Source: an uncultured Verrucomicrobiae bacterium (GTDB lineage Bacteria; Verrucomicrobiota; Verrucomicrobiia; Limisphaerales; Palsa-1400). From it: a DNA stretch of 64,000 nucleotides. Below are positions 1 through 8,773 of this stretch, piece by piece. The translations under genes and the position numbers were made by a program. Where the stretch lies: NCBI GenBank assembly GCA_963764165.1, contig CAVXRD010000002.1, positions 32,001-96,000 of the forward strand, in the 5' to 3' direction. Each line of letters begins with the position of its first letter. Within the stretch, counting starts at the first letter, position 1. Below the pieces are notes generated by a model that was not told where the DNA came from, did not search any database, and saw only the letters and a list, made by a program, of their open reading frames with translations.

Positions 1-2
1 GC

Positions 3-227
3 ACGGGCGTTGGATTTTGCTACAACGTCGGAAGATTTGTCGCCGCCAGCGGGCCGCTCACCCTCGGCGCGCTGCAGCTTCGCCTTTCCCAGGGGGCGCC
101 CACCGTCGAGGCCAAGATGGAGGCTTTTCGCAACGCCTGCTGCTGGGTCAGCTCGATTTATTTGCTGGCCCTGCTCGCGCTGCCGTTCCTGCCGGAGACA
201 CGCGGACAGCCGCTGCCCGAAGACTGA
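3..227 (+). CDS. MFS transporter, 3' end only (partial)
   Basis: Frame 3 is open from the window edge: TGVGFCYNVGRFVAA...LLALPFLPETRGQPLPED*. The last TM helices and the C-terminal PETRG motif are typical of MFS. Confidence 0.85.
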   Translation, partial: TGVGFCYNVGRFVAASGPLTLGALQLRLSQGAPTVEAKMEAFRNACCWVSSIYLLALLALPFLPETRGQPLPED

Positions 228-230
228 TTT

Positions 231-1538
231 ATGAGAATACTGGCCCTGACCAATCTGTATCCTCCCCATCACGCCGGCACATTCGACACCCGCTGCCAGA
301 ACATAACCGATTCCCTGCGGCTGCGCGGCCATAGTGTTTTCGTATTGACGTCAAGCCACGGCTTGCGCTCTGAGCAGCAGGACGAGGATATCCACCGCCG
401 CCTTACCTTGAACGGCGCCTTTGGCGATCCGCTGGTGACGAATTACAACGACATGAAGGCGCTCGAGCTTCACAACAACGAAGTGCTGCACGAAACCATC
501 GCGCACTTTGCGCCGGAGCTCATTCATGTCTTCAGCATGCAGGGCCTTTCCAAATCGCTGATTTTTTCTCTTCGCCACGCGCGGCTGCCTGTTGTTTACG
601 ATGTCTATGATCACTGGCTTTCGGCCAACGTGCGCGAGGATCCGTGGCTGCGTTTCTGGAACGCGCCCTCGCTGCCCATCGTCTCGGGCTCGAGCCGGAA
701 AATGCTGGAGTTAAGCGGCGAGCGCGGCCGATTGGACACCACCGCCCCGACGCGGATGATGAAGGGCTACGACCGCATCCCCGGCATTTTCGGCGAAGGC
801 AAGGATCGCGCGGTGGAAGCAAACTCGATTGCCGGATTTCGATTTGACAGAATTTATTTTTGCAGCGAGGCGCTGAAACGGCTGACCGAGCAGGTTGGCT
901 ACACCGTGCGTCACGCCTCGGTGATTTATCCCGGCGTCACGGCGGCATACATCGGGGAAATCAAGCCGCCGGGGGCGCCGATGGACAAATTTCTTATTGT
1001 CAGCAAGCTCAACCAGGAAAGTGGAGTGATGACAGCCTTGAAAGCCGTTCACACGGCGCGGCAGGCCGGATTGAAAATCAGCCTCAGCATCTACGGGCGC
1101 GGTGATTCGGCTTACGTGGCGGAGTTGCGCTCGTTCGCGGTTTCGCGCCAATTGCCGGTGGAATTTCTCAACGTTTCAAATAACTCCAAAGATCTTCCGG
1201 CGGTTTACAAGGCGCATCACGTTCTCCTGCACACGCCGCAATGGTCGGAGCCATTTCCGTTCACGCCCCTGGAAGCGATGGCGTGCGGCCTTCCGGTCAT
1301 TGGCTCAACGGCGGGCGCCGCGGAGGAACTTCTGCACCACGGCGAAAATTGCCTGACCTTCCCGCCGGGTGACGCGGTTCAATTGGCCGCGCGCATTCAG
1401 GAGCTGATGATCTCCCCCGCCCTGCGCTGCCAGATGGCGGAAACGGCCCAGGCGCAGGTGCTCGAGCGATTCAATGACGCCACTGTCATGGACAAGGTCG
1501 AAGCCTTTCTGACCGAGTCCCAAACCCAGACCGAGTAA
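231..1538 (+). CDS. Glycosyltransferase family 4 (GT-B)
   Basis: N-terminal MRILALTNLYPP; C-terminal EPFPFTPLEAMACGLPVI (E-X7-E) motif. Confidence 0.9.
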   Translation: MRILALTNLYPPHHAGTFDTRCQNITDSLRLRGHSVFVLTSSHGLRSEQQDEDIHRRLTLNGAFGDPLVTNYNDMKALELHNNEVLHETIAHFAPELIHVFSMQGLSKSLIFSLRHARLPVVYDVYDHWLSANVREDPWLRFWNAPSLPIVSGSSRKMLELSGERGRLDTTAPTRMMKGYDRIPGIFGEGKDRAVEANSIAGFRFDRIYFCSEALKRLTEQVGYTVRHASVIYPGVTAAYIGEIKPPGAPMDKFLIVSKLNQESGVMTALKAVHTARQAGLKISLSIYGRGDSAYVAELRSFAVSRQLPVEFLNVSNNSKDLPAVYKAHHVLLHTPQWSEPFPFTPLEAMACGLPVIGSTAGAAEELLHHGENCLTFPPGDAVQLAARIQELMISPALRCQMAETAQAQVLERFNDATVMDKVEAFLTESQTQTE

Positions 1539-1550
1539 ACCGGACGGCCC

Positions 1551-2915
1551 ATGAATCTGCTCGTCATATTCATCGGTCTGGCCGCTTACTGCTTCGTGCT
1601 GCACGAGTTCTCCCAGCGATTTCCACCAGAGCAAATCCCCGCCTTGCGCCGATGGTTCCGCACTTGGACGATCAAGGGTTTGCTGACGCCCGTGTTGTTT
1701 TGGCTTCTGTTCAATGGCGCGATTTGGCAGGCGCTGCCGCCCTTGATGCAACGAGTCCAATTCGCCAAATTAAACGGTCATTGGGCCGAAGGCTTTTACG
1801 CCGCGGCGGTCCTCGGGCTGTTCGTTATTTCAACGTATTGGGCGGCTTTGACCACGGCGTGGCTGCTGGTGGTGTTGCGCGAAAACGTGCCCAGCCCGCA
1901 GCAATACCGCTCCTGCATCCTTTCGTGGTCCGTCCTGCTCGGTCCGATTGCTTTGCTGATGACATGGTCGTTCGGATGGCAGATGGCCGGCCTGGCGGGA
2001 TGCTTTTGGGCGATTCCGATTCTTCAGCAAGTCGCCGCCCTCCAGCCGGACCCAAAAGCCGTGGCGGTCTACACGCGCGCCATCGCGGCCATGCACTTCG
2101 ACAAATACGAAGTCGCCGAGCAAGCCGTCATTGAACAGCTGGAAACGCATGAAGACGATTTCGACGGCTGGCTGCTGCTGGCGGAACTTTACGCAAATCA
2201 ATTTCATGACCTCCCCGGGGCGCAAAACATTATAAATGACATCTGCGGCCAGCCCGCCACGACGGCTTCGCAATTCGCTGTCGCCTGCCATCGGCTTGCC
2301 GATTGGCACCTCAAGCTCGGCAACGACCCCGACGCCGCCCGCGCGGCTCTCGAAAAAATCTGCCGGCGCTTCCCGCGATCGCATTTGGATCACATGGCGC
2401 GCCTGCGCATCAACCAGTTGCCCGCCAATCGCGAGGAATGGCTGGCGCAGCAATCCGTCAGGAAAATCAAGCTGACCGGATTGGATGGCCAAAAGACATA
2501 TTCCGAAAAAGCACAGTCTGAGCAACGAACTCACCAGGAAGCCTTCGCCCGGAGCCAGGAGTGCATCGCGCAATTGACCGCGAACCCGGACGACACCGCG
2601 ACGCGCGAGGAACTGGCCCATGTGTGGGCGGAAGAGCTGGGCCAGATCGAAATGGCGGTGGAGCAACTGGAGCTATTGATGTCCATGCCACGAACTCCAG
2701 CCGCGAAAATGGCGGAGTATTTGGGTTTGATCGCGCAATGGCATTTGAAATTCCCGCAAAACATTCCCGCCGCCACCGCCGCCATGGAGCGGCTTGCGCG
2801 GCAATATCCAAATGCGCCCCAAGCCTTGGCCGCCCGCCGACGCCTCAAAGTCATGGAGATCGAATCCAAAATGAGAGCCGAGGCAGGGACGCCTCGCCGA
2901 GGCGTCCGGGATTGA
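1551..2915 (+). CDS. Membrane protein with C-terminal TPR-like helical repeats
   Basis: About 5 hydrophobic N-terminal segments, then repeated TPR-like helices (WLLLAELYAN, AARAALEKICRRFP, AMERLARQYPNAPQA). Confidence 0.7.
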   Translation: MNLLVIFIGLAAYCFVLHEFSQRFPPEQIPALRRWFRTWTIKGLLTPVLFWLLFNGAIWQALPPLMQRVQFAKLNGHWAEGFYAAAVLGLFVISTYWAALTTAWLLVVLRENVPSPQQYRSCILSWSVLLGPIALLMTWSFGWQMAGLAGCFWAIPILQQVAALQPDPKAVAVYTRAIAAMHFDKYEVAEQAVIEQLETHEDDFDGWLLLAELYANQFHDLPGAQNIINDICGQPATTASQFAVACHRLADWHLKLGNDPDAARAALEKICRRFPRSHLDHMARLRINQLPANREEWLAQQSVRKIKLTGLDGQKTYSEKAQSEQRTHQEAFARSQECIAQLTANPDDTATREELAHVWAEELGQIEMAVEQLELLMSMPRTPAAKMAEYLGLIAQWHLKFPQNIPAATAAMERLARQYPNAPQALAARRRLKVMEIESKMRAEAGTPRRGVRD

Positions 2916-3158
2916 AACGGGGCGCGGCTGTGTCGAAGACCAGCCGCAGCGCGTTTCATTGCCAAGAGCGCCGGTCAATTCCACGTTGCTGCGGCTGGTC
3001 TTCGACACAGCCGTATCTCCGGTGGAGACGCGCGCAAAGACCAAGGCATGGCTCGGCAGGAGGCCCCAACCAACGAATCGGTGAGAAGTTCCGACGAACA
3101 AATTTCGCGTTTGGAGGTAGGGACGCCTCGCGCCGGACGCCTCGTCGAGGCGCTACCT
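2883..3158. repeat. Cluster of REP-like palindromes (GTAG-type REP copies flanking a 26-bp inverted-repeat element)
   Basis: GCAGGGACGCCTCGCCGAGGCGTCC at ~2883 and GTAGGGACGCCTCGCGCCGGACGCCTCGTCGAGGCG at ~3117. Perfect IR CGGCTGTGTCGAAGACCAGCCGCAGC at 2925-2950 with its reverse complement at 2988-3013. Confidence 0.75.
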
Positions 3159-3203
3159 TTCGACTGGACAAACGGCAAGAATGGGTTAGTGTCCCCATAC
3201 CAA

Positions 3204-6200
3204 GTGAGAACGCCGCAGCCAAGGTTCATCGCCTTCTACTTAAACGCCCTGGTATTATTCGTATTGACAGCCTCCGCGCTGGGCCAGGCGAAACTTCAAA
3301 CCGTCCATTCGGAGCGTCCGTGGGACGCCGCGAGCCTCAAGGCCGCGAAGTCAATGGATCCCACCCGCAGCCTGCGCGTTACACTGGGGCTTCCGCTGCG
3401 CAACCACGATGAGTTGAGGGCGTTGCTGCGCGACATCTATACGCCGGGCAATGCGAATTACCACCATTACCTAACCGCCTCCGAATTCGCGTCGCGCTTC
3501 GGGCCGGATGAAGATGATTACGCCGCTGTTGTTCGCTTCGCGGAATCGCACGGACTGAAGGTAACCGGGCGGCATTCCAATCGGACGCTCGTCGACGTCC
3601 AGGGAAAGGCGCGCGACGTCGAAAAAGCTTTTCACGTTCACATGCAGGTTTTCCAGCATCCGACGGAAGCGCGCGCGTTCTTCGCGCCGGACGCCAATCC
3701 ATCGGTGGATTTGGCGGTTCCCCTGCTCACGATTCAAGGGCTGGATAACTTTATGGTACCGCATCCGATCAATCTCAAAACCGCCTTCGCGACCACCAAC
3801 GCCATTGCCAATTCGTTTGGCACCGGCCCGCGCGGCTCCTACATGGGGGCGGATTTTCGCGCCTCCTATGCGCCCGGCGTGGCGTTGACCGGCACGGGGC
3901 AAACGGTGGGATTGCTCGAGTTTGATGGCTATTACGCAGACGACATCGCGCAGTATAAATTCCTCGCCAAGCTGCCCGATGTTCCGCTGACGAACGTTCT
4001 TCTAAACGGATTTAGCGGTGTTCCCGGCGGCGCCGCGATGGAGGTTACGGCGGACATTGATATGGCCATCTGCATGGCGCCGGGGCTTTCCAGCGTGATG
4101 GTTTATGAAGGCGGAAATCCAAACACCATTTTGAATCAGATGGCCACGGATAACCTCGCGAAATCACTAAGTTCTTCCTGGGGTTATTATCCAGTCGTCG
4201 ATGCGACGCGGACGCAAATTTTCGAGCAGTTCGCCGCACAGGGCCAAACGATGTTCCAGGCGTCCGGCGATTATGGAGCTTACTCGCCCGGCGTCATTTC
4301 CTCCCCCAGCGACGATCCGAATCTCACCATCGTCGGCGGCACGATCCTGACGACGGCCGGGCCCGGCGGGCCTTGGTTGGCGGAGTCGGCTTGGTCTGGC
4401 GGCAGCGGCGGCTACAGCAGCAATTTCGCCCTGCCGAGCTGGCAGGCGAATATCGCGAACTCGGCAAACCACGCCTCTTCGACCGGCCGCAATCTTCCGG
4501 ATGTGGCGGCCATTGCGGATTCCATTTGGCTGATCGCGCTGAACGGCGAACAGGGATTTGTTGGCGGCACGAGCACGGCTGCACCGCTGTGGGCCGGGTT
4601 TGCCGCGCTGGTGAACCAGCAAGCCGCCGCCGAAGGCAAACCGCCCATCGGATTCCTGAATCCCCTTCTCTACTCCATCGGAAGAACGTCCGCCTACACG
4701 TCCGCGTTCCACGACATCACGGTTGGCAACAACACGAACAGCGTCAGCACGTCAAACTATTTTGCCGAACCGGGCTACGACCTATGCACAGGGTGGGGAT
4801 CGCCCGCTGGAAGCAATCTTATCACCGCGCTTCTCTCGCCGCCCGGCGCTCTTCAAATTTTCGCGAACTCGGGGCTCGCCGCCAGCGGAAGCCAGGGTGG
4901 TTCATTTTCCCCCGCGAACCAGGAAGTGCTGCTGGAAGATTTTGCCACGAACTCGGTGAATTGGTCGGCGGGGGTGTCGGCGCCGTGGTTGTCACTAAGT
5001 CCCGCCAGCGGCACGGTCGCAAACGGCGGCACTGCGTCCATTTTGCTGCTGAGCGTGAATTCCGCCGCGAGCGCGCTTCCTCCGGGGAATTACTCCGCGA
5101 CGATTTGCTTCACGAATCTTGCGGACGGCACTGTTCAAACGCGCCCCTTTGCGCTCGCGGTCACGCCGGGTTCGGCCGCGCCGTTAATCTATTCGCAGCC
5201 GGTTTCCCAGGAGGCCGCGCCCGGCGCAAGCGCAGCATTTACAGTGAAAGCCGCGGGAAACGCGCGCCTCACCTACCAATGGCAGCAGAACGGCGTGAAT
5301 GTTTCCAACAATGCGAATGTCACTGGCGCGACCACTGCGACACTGACCCTCGAAAACATTTCCTTAGCTTCCGCCGGAACATACACCGTAATCGTCAGCA
5401 ATTCGCTCGGGGTGGCGGCGAGTTCGAATGCTATCCTAACGCTGGCCCCCATCACCGCCAGCGGCGTGGCGATTTCTAATCTCTATTCCTTCACCGCGGG
5501 ATCCGACGGCGCAAATCCGAATGGCCTGATGCAGGCGAGCGACGGGAATTTTTACGGCACCACTCAATACGGCGGAATCAATTCAGCAGGCACCGCGTTT
5601 CGGTTTTCGCCGGCGGGCGCCCTTCAGACAATGTTTCAGTTCGGCGGAACGGATGCTGGATACACTCCGCAGGCCGCACTCGTCCAGGGTGCTGACGGCG
5701 GATTATACGGAACAACCGCTTCCGGCGGCACCATTGGCGGCGGCATCATTTTCAAGATCACCACCAACGGCGTTTTTGCAACGTTGTACAATTTCAACGG
5801 CGGCGACGGCGATTCTCCTGAAGTGCCTATGATTCTGGGCGCAGATGGAAATCTTTACGGCACGACATCGAGCGGCGGGGCGGCTGGCGACGGGGAGATT
5901 TTCGAACTGACGCAGGCCGGCGCGCTGACGCAAATAGGCACGTTCAATTATTTTAACGGATTCGATCCAAGCAAGCTGACTCAGGGAATCGACGGCAGTT
6001 TTTACGGGACGACCTTTGGCGGCGGCGCGCCCGGGGATGGCACGGTATTCAATCTCTCCACCAACGGATTGCTGACAACACTATTTGTATGTGACTACAC
6101 GAACGGCGGTTATCTCCCCCTCGCCGGTTTATCGCAAGCGCCGGACGGAAATTTATACGGCACGACTTACGAAGGCGGCGCGTCGAATTTCGGGACCCTT

Positions 6201-8669
6201 ATCGTCATGACGCCGCTCGGGAAGGTAACCACACTTTATTCCTTCACCGGCGCGGCAGACGGCGGTCATCCATCCGCCGATTTGGTTCAAGGGCCGGATG
6301 GAAATTTTTATGGCACGACGATTGTCGGCGGCGCTTTCGACGACGGGCTGGTTTTCCGCTGGACGCCCGGGAGCGCCCCTGTCCCGCTGGCGTCGTTCGA
6401 TGGCTTCAACGGAGCTCATCCGCAGTCCGCGCTCGTGGCGACGGCTGACGGGAGTTTATACGGCACAACGCCAGACGGCGGCGCGACTGGCAACGGAGTG
6501 ATCTTCCGCGTCAGCATCAATTCCCCCACCCTGCAAATCACCAGCCAGCCATCCGACCAATCCGCTTTCCTCGGCTCGACGGCCAGCTTCAGCGTCGACG
6601 TGGCGGGCAACGCGCCGATTTCCTATCAATGGTGGAAGAACAACGAACCTCTGGCGAACGGCGGGAATATTGCAGGCGCGTCGTCACGCATATTGACGAT
6701 TAGCAACGTCAGCGGTGCGGACGCCGCTATTTATTATGTCACCATCAGCAATGCGATTGCCCCGGTCGTCACGAGCGAAAACGCGCTTCTTGAAGTCGTG
6801 ACTTCACCGCCGCTGTTCCTTTCACCTCCTGTCAATCAAATCGGAACAGTGGGCGGGTCGGTGACATTTCGCGCGGTCGTGGAGGGCGATCTGCCGATGG
6901 CGTTTCAATGGCAAAGCAACCATGTCAACCTGGTCAATAATGCAAACGTCGTGGGCGCAAACAGCAGCACGCTGACGCTGGCCGGCCTTAACCAGCGAAG
7001 CGATGCGACGTACACCCTGATCGCGAGCAATGCCTCCGGCGCCAACAGCGCGGACGCAATCCTGACTGTTTATGGCGCAAGCATCGCTGGCACCGCTGTT
7101 TCCTCGCTGCACTGGTTCACGGGAGGCGCGGACGGCGGCGTCCCAAACGGCCTGGCGCTCGGCTCGAACGGCGTCCTTTATGGCACCACACAGAGCGGCG
7201 GATCGGGCAGCGGCGGAACGATTTTCAGCGTAACCACGAATGGAGAATTCCAAACACTCGTCGCCTTCGCCGCAGCGAACGGCTCCAGCCCGCAAGCCGG
7301 CCTCACGCCCGGCAGCGACGGGAATCTGTACGGCACCACCCAAGGAGGCGGGCCCAACGGCTGGGGCACCGTTTTCATGATGACGCCCGCTGGCGCCCTC
7401 ACAACGCTCGCGGCATTTGCCAGCCAGTCCAACTACGCCCCCTACACTGCGCTGACGCAAGGCACTAACGGAAATTTCTATGGTTCGAGCGCGAACCTGT
7501 ACAAGTCCGGCGACGGCAATATTTTTGAAATGACGCCGAGCGGATCGTTGAGTGTCATATATAGTTTCACCGGCGGTCAAACGGGCAATGAGCCCATCGG
7601 CAGCCTGGCGCTTGGGAACGACGGAAATTTCTACGGCATGACGACCACGGGCGCCGCGCGCAATGATGGCGGCATCTTCGCCATGTCCCCCGCCGGCGCG
7701 CTCACCAATCTTTATTCCTTCACAGGGCAGATCGACGGCTACAATCCCATCGGCGCGCTTGTCCAGGGGACGGACGGATATTTTTACGGCGTCACCCGGC
7801 GCGATGTTTTGGATGGCGAGCAGTTTGATGGAACGATCTTCAAGGTTTCGACAAAGGGGGCGTTGACGACGTTGTACACGCTAAATCCTTACGTCAACGG
7901 CGATGGCGAATACCCATTCGCGGGGCTCGTGGCGGGAATGGACGGCAATTTCTACGGCAGCACCATGTATTCGGAGAGCAACATTTACGGCACCGTCTTC
8001 CGAATCACGCCGTCGGGGGCTTACACAACACTCTGCGCTTTCAACGGCGCCGACGACGGCGCGGAGCCGAAGTCCGCGATGGTGCAGGACGCCGCCGGGA
8101 ATCTTTACGGCACGACCACATCTGGCGGACCGTACGGGAAAGGTTCCATCTTTCGACTATCGATGACTGGCGCGCCAATCATCACCGAAAACCCGAACAA
8201 CCAAATCACCACCATTGGCGGAAGCGCGCAATTTCAAGTCTGCGTTTTTGGCGCGCCCCAGCTCACATATCAATGGCGGAAAAACGGCGTTAATCTCGCT
8301 GACGACGGGCATTTTACCGGGACGTCCACACGCGTGCTCGCCATCTCTGGCACAGTGCCTGAAGATGCCGCCTACTATTCCGCCGTCGTCGGAAATCCGC
8401 AGGGAATCATCGACAGCGCCGGGGCGTCACTCACGGTGGTCGGCCAGCCGGTCATCACGAGCGCCTATCAAAATGCGGGCGCTCTGGTGTTTTCGTGGGA
8501 ATCTGTCGCCGGACAGTCTTACCAGGTGCAGTCGACCACCAATCTTGACAGCCCAAATTGGGCAAATGTTGGGAGCGCGACCAGCGCGACGACTAATTTG
8601 CTTTCGGCCACCAACTCCATTGGGGCGGCGGCGCAGCAGTTTTACCGCGTTGTGCTGGTCAGCCCATAG
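3204..8669 (+). CDS. Secreted S53 (sedolisin/kumamolisin-like) serine protease with pro-domain, BACON-like and Ig-like domains and two GloVer-type tandem-repeat (beta-propeller) blocks
   Basis: Pro-domain, MEVTADID (Glu/Asp), ASGD oxyanion and GGTSTAAPLWAG (Ser) motifs; many 'DGNFYGTT..GG..G.GTVF' repeats; Ig 'YQW.KNG' domains. GTG 3204 is preferred over 3048 because it gives a signal peptide and the upstream part overlaps REP DNA. Confidence 0.88.
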   Translation: MRTPQPRFIAFYLNALVLFVLTASALGQAKLQTVHSERPWDAASLKAAKSMDPTRSLRVTLGLPLRNHDELRALLRDIYTPGNANYHHYLTASEFASRFGPDEDDYAAVVRFAESHGLKVTGRHSNRTLVDVQGKARDVEKAFHVHMQVFQHPTEARAFFAPDANPSVDLAVPLLTIQGLDNFMVPHPINLKTAFATTNAIANSFGTGPRGSYMGADFRASYAPGVALTGTGQTVGLLEFDGYYADDIAQYKFLAKLPDVPLTNVLLNGFSGVPGGAAMEVTADIDMAICMAPGLSSVMVYEGGNPNTILNQMATDNLAKSLSSSWGYYPVVDATRTQIFEQFAAQGQTMFQASGDYGAYSPGVISSPSDDPNLTIVGGTILTTAGPGGPWLAESAWSGGSGGYSSNFALPSWQANIANSANHASSTGRNLPDVAAIADSIWLIALNGEQGFVGGTSTAAPLWAGFAALVNQQAAAEGKPPIGFLNPLLYSIGRTSAYTSAFHDITVGNNTNSVSTSNYFAEPGYDLCTGWGSPAGSNLITALLSPPGALQIFANSGLAASGSQGGSFSPANQEVLLEDFATNSVNWSAGVSAPWLSLSPASGTVANGGTASILLLSVNSAASALPPGNYSATICFTNLADGTVQTRPFALAVTPGSAAPLIYSQPVSQEAAPGASAAFTVKAAGNARLTYQWQQNGVNVSNNANVTGATTATLTLENISLASAGTYTVIVSNSLGVAASSNAILTLAPITASGVAISNLYSFTAGSDGANPNGLMQASDGNFYGTTQYGGINSAGTAFRFSPAGALQTMFQFGGTDAGYTPQAALVQGADGGLYGTTASGGTIGGGIIFKITTNGVFATLYNFNGGDGDSPEVPMILGADGNLYGTTSSGGAAGDGEIFELTQAGALTQIGTFNYFNGFDPSKLTQGIDGSFYGTTFGGGAPGDGTVFNLSTNGLLTTLFVCDYTNGGYLPLAGLSQAPDGNLYGTTYEGGASNFGTLIVMTPLGKVTTLYSFTGAADGGHPSADLVQGPDGNFYGTTIVGGAFDDGLVFRWTPGSAPVPLASFDGFNGAHPQSALVATADGSLYGTTPDGGATGNGVIFRVSINSPTLQITSQPSDQSAFLGSTASFSVDVAGNAPISYQWWKNNEPLANGGNIAGASSRILTISNVSGADAAIYYVTISNAIAPVVTSENALLEVVTSPPLFLSPPVNQIGTVGGSVTFRAVVEGDLPMAFQWQSNHVNLVNNANVVGANSSTLTLAGLNQRSDATYTLIASNASGANSADAILTVYGASIAGTAVSSLHWFTGGADGGVPNGLALGSNGVLYGTTQSGGSGSGGTIFSVTTNGEFQTLVAFAAANGSSPQAGLTPGSDGNLYGTTQGGGPNGWGTVFMMTPAGALTTLAAFASQSNYAPYTALTQGTNGNFYGSSANLYKSGDGNIFEMTPSGSLSVIYSFTGGQTGNEPIGSLALGNDGNFYGMTTTGAARNDGGIFAMSPAGALTNLYSFTGQIDGYNPIGALVQGTDGYFYGVTRRDVLDGEQFDGTIFKVSTKGALTTLYTLNPYVNGDGEYPFAGLVAGMDGNFYGSTMYSESNIYGTVFRITPSGAYTTLCAFNGADDGAEPKSAMVQDAAGNLYGTTTSGGPYGKGSIFRLSMTGAPIITENPNNQITTIGGSAQFQVCVFGAPQLTYQWRKNGVNLADDGHFTGTSTRVLAISGTVPEDAAYYSAVVGNPQGIIDSAGASLTVVGQPVITSAYQNAGALVFSWESVAGQSYQVQSTTNLDSPNWANVGSATSATTNLLSATNSIGAAAQQFYRVVLVSP

Positions 8670-8773
8670 CTGGCGGGCATTTTGATGAAATGGGATGCAT
8701 GGGAAAAATGGGACATATGGGCGGTCACTCGGCGCTTTACATTTCCTCGGGCGCGTGATGCGATTTCACCAAT

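Noticed and set aside
3048..3203. N-terminal extension of the S53 ORF
   Set aside because: It overlaps REP DNA, and the downstream GTG gives a proper signal peptide.
5460..8160. Recurring GACGG(A/C)AATTTTTACGGCAC DNA repeats
   Set aside because: Explained by the DGNFYGTT protein repeats of the S53 protein.
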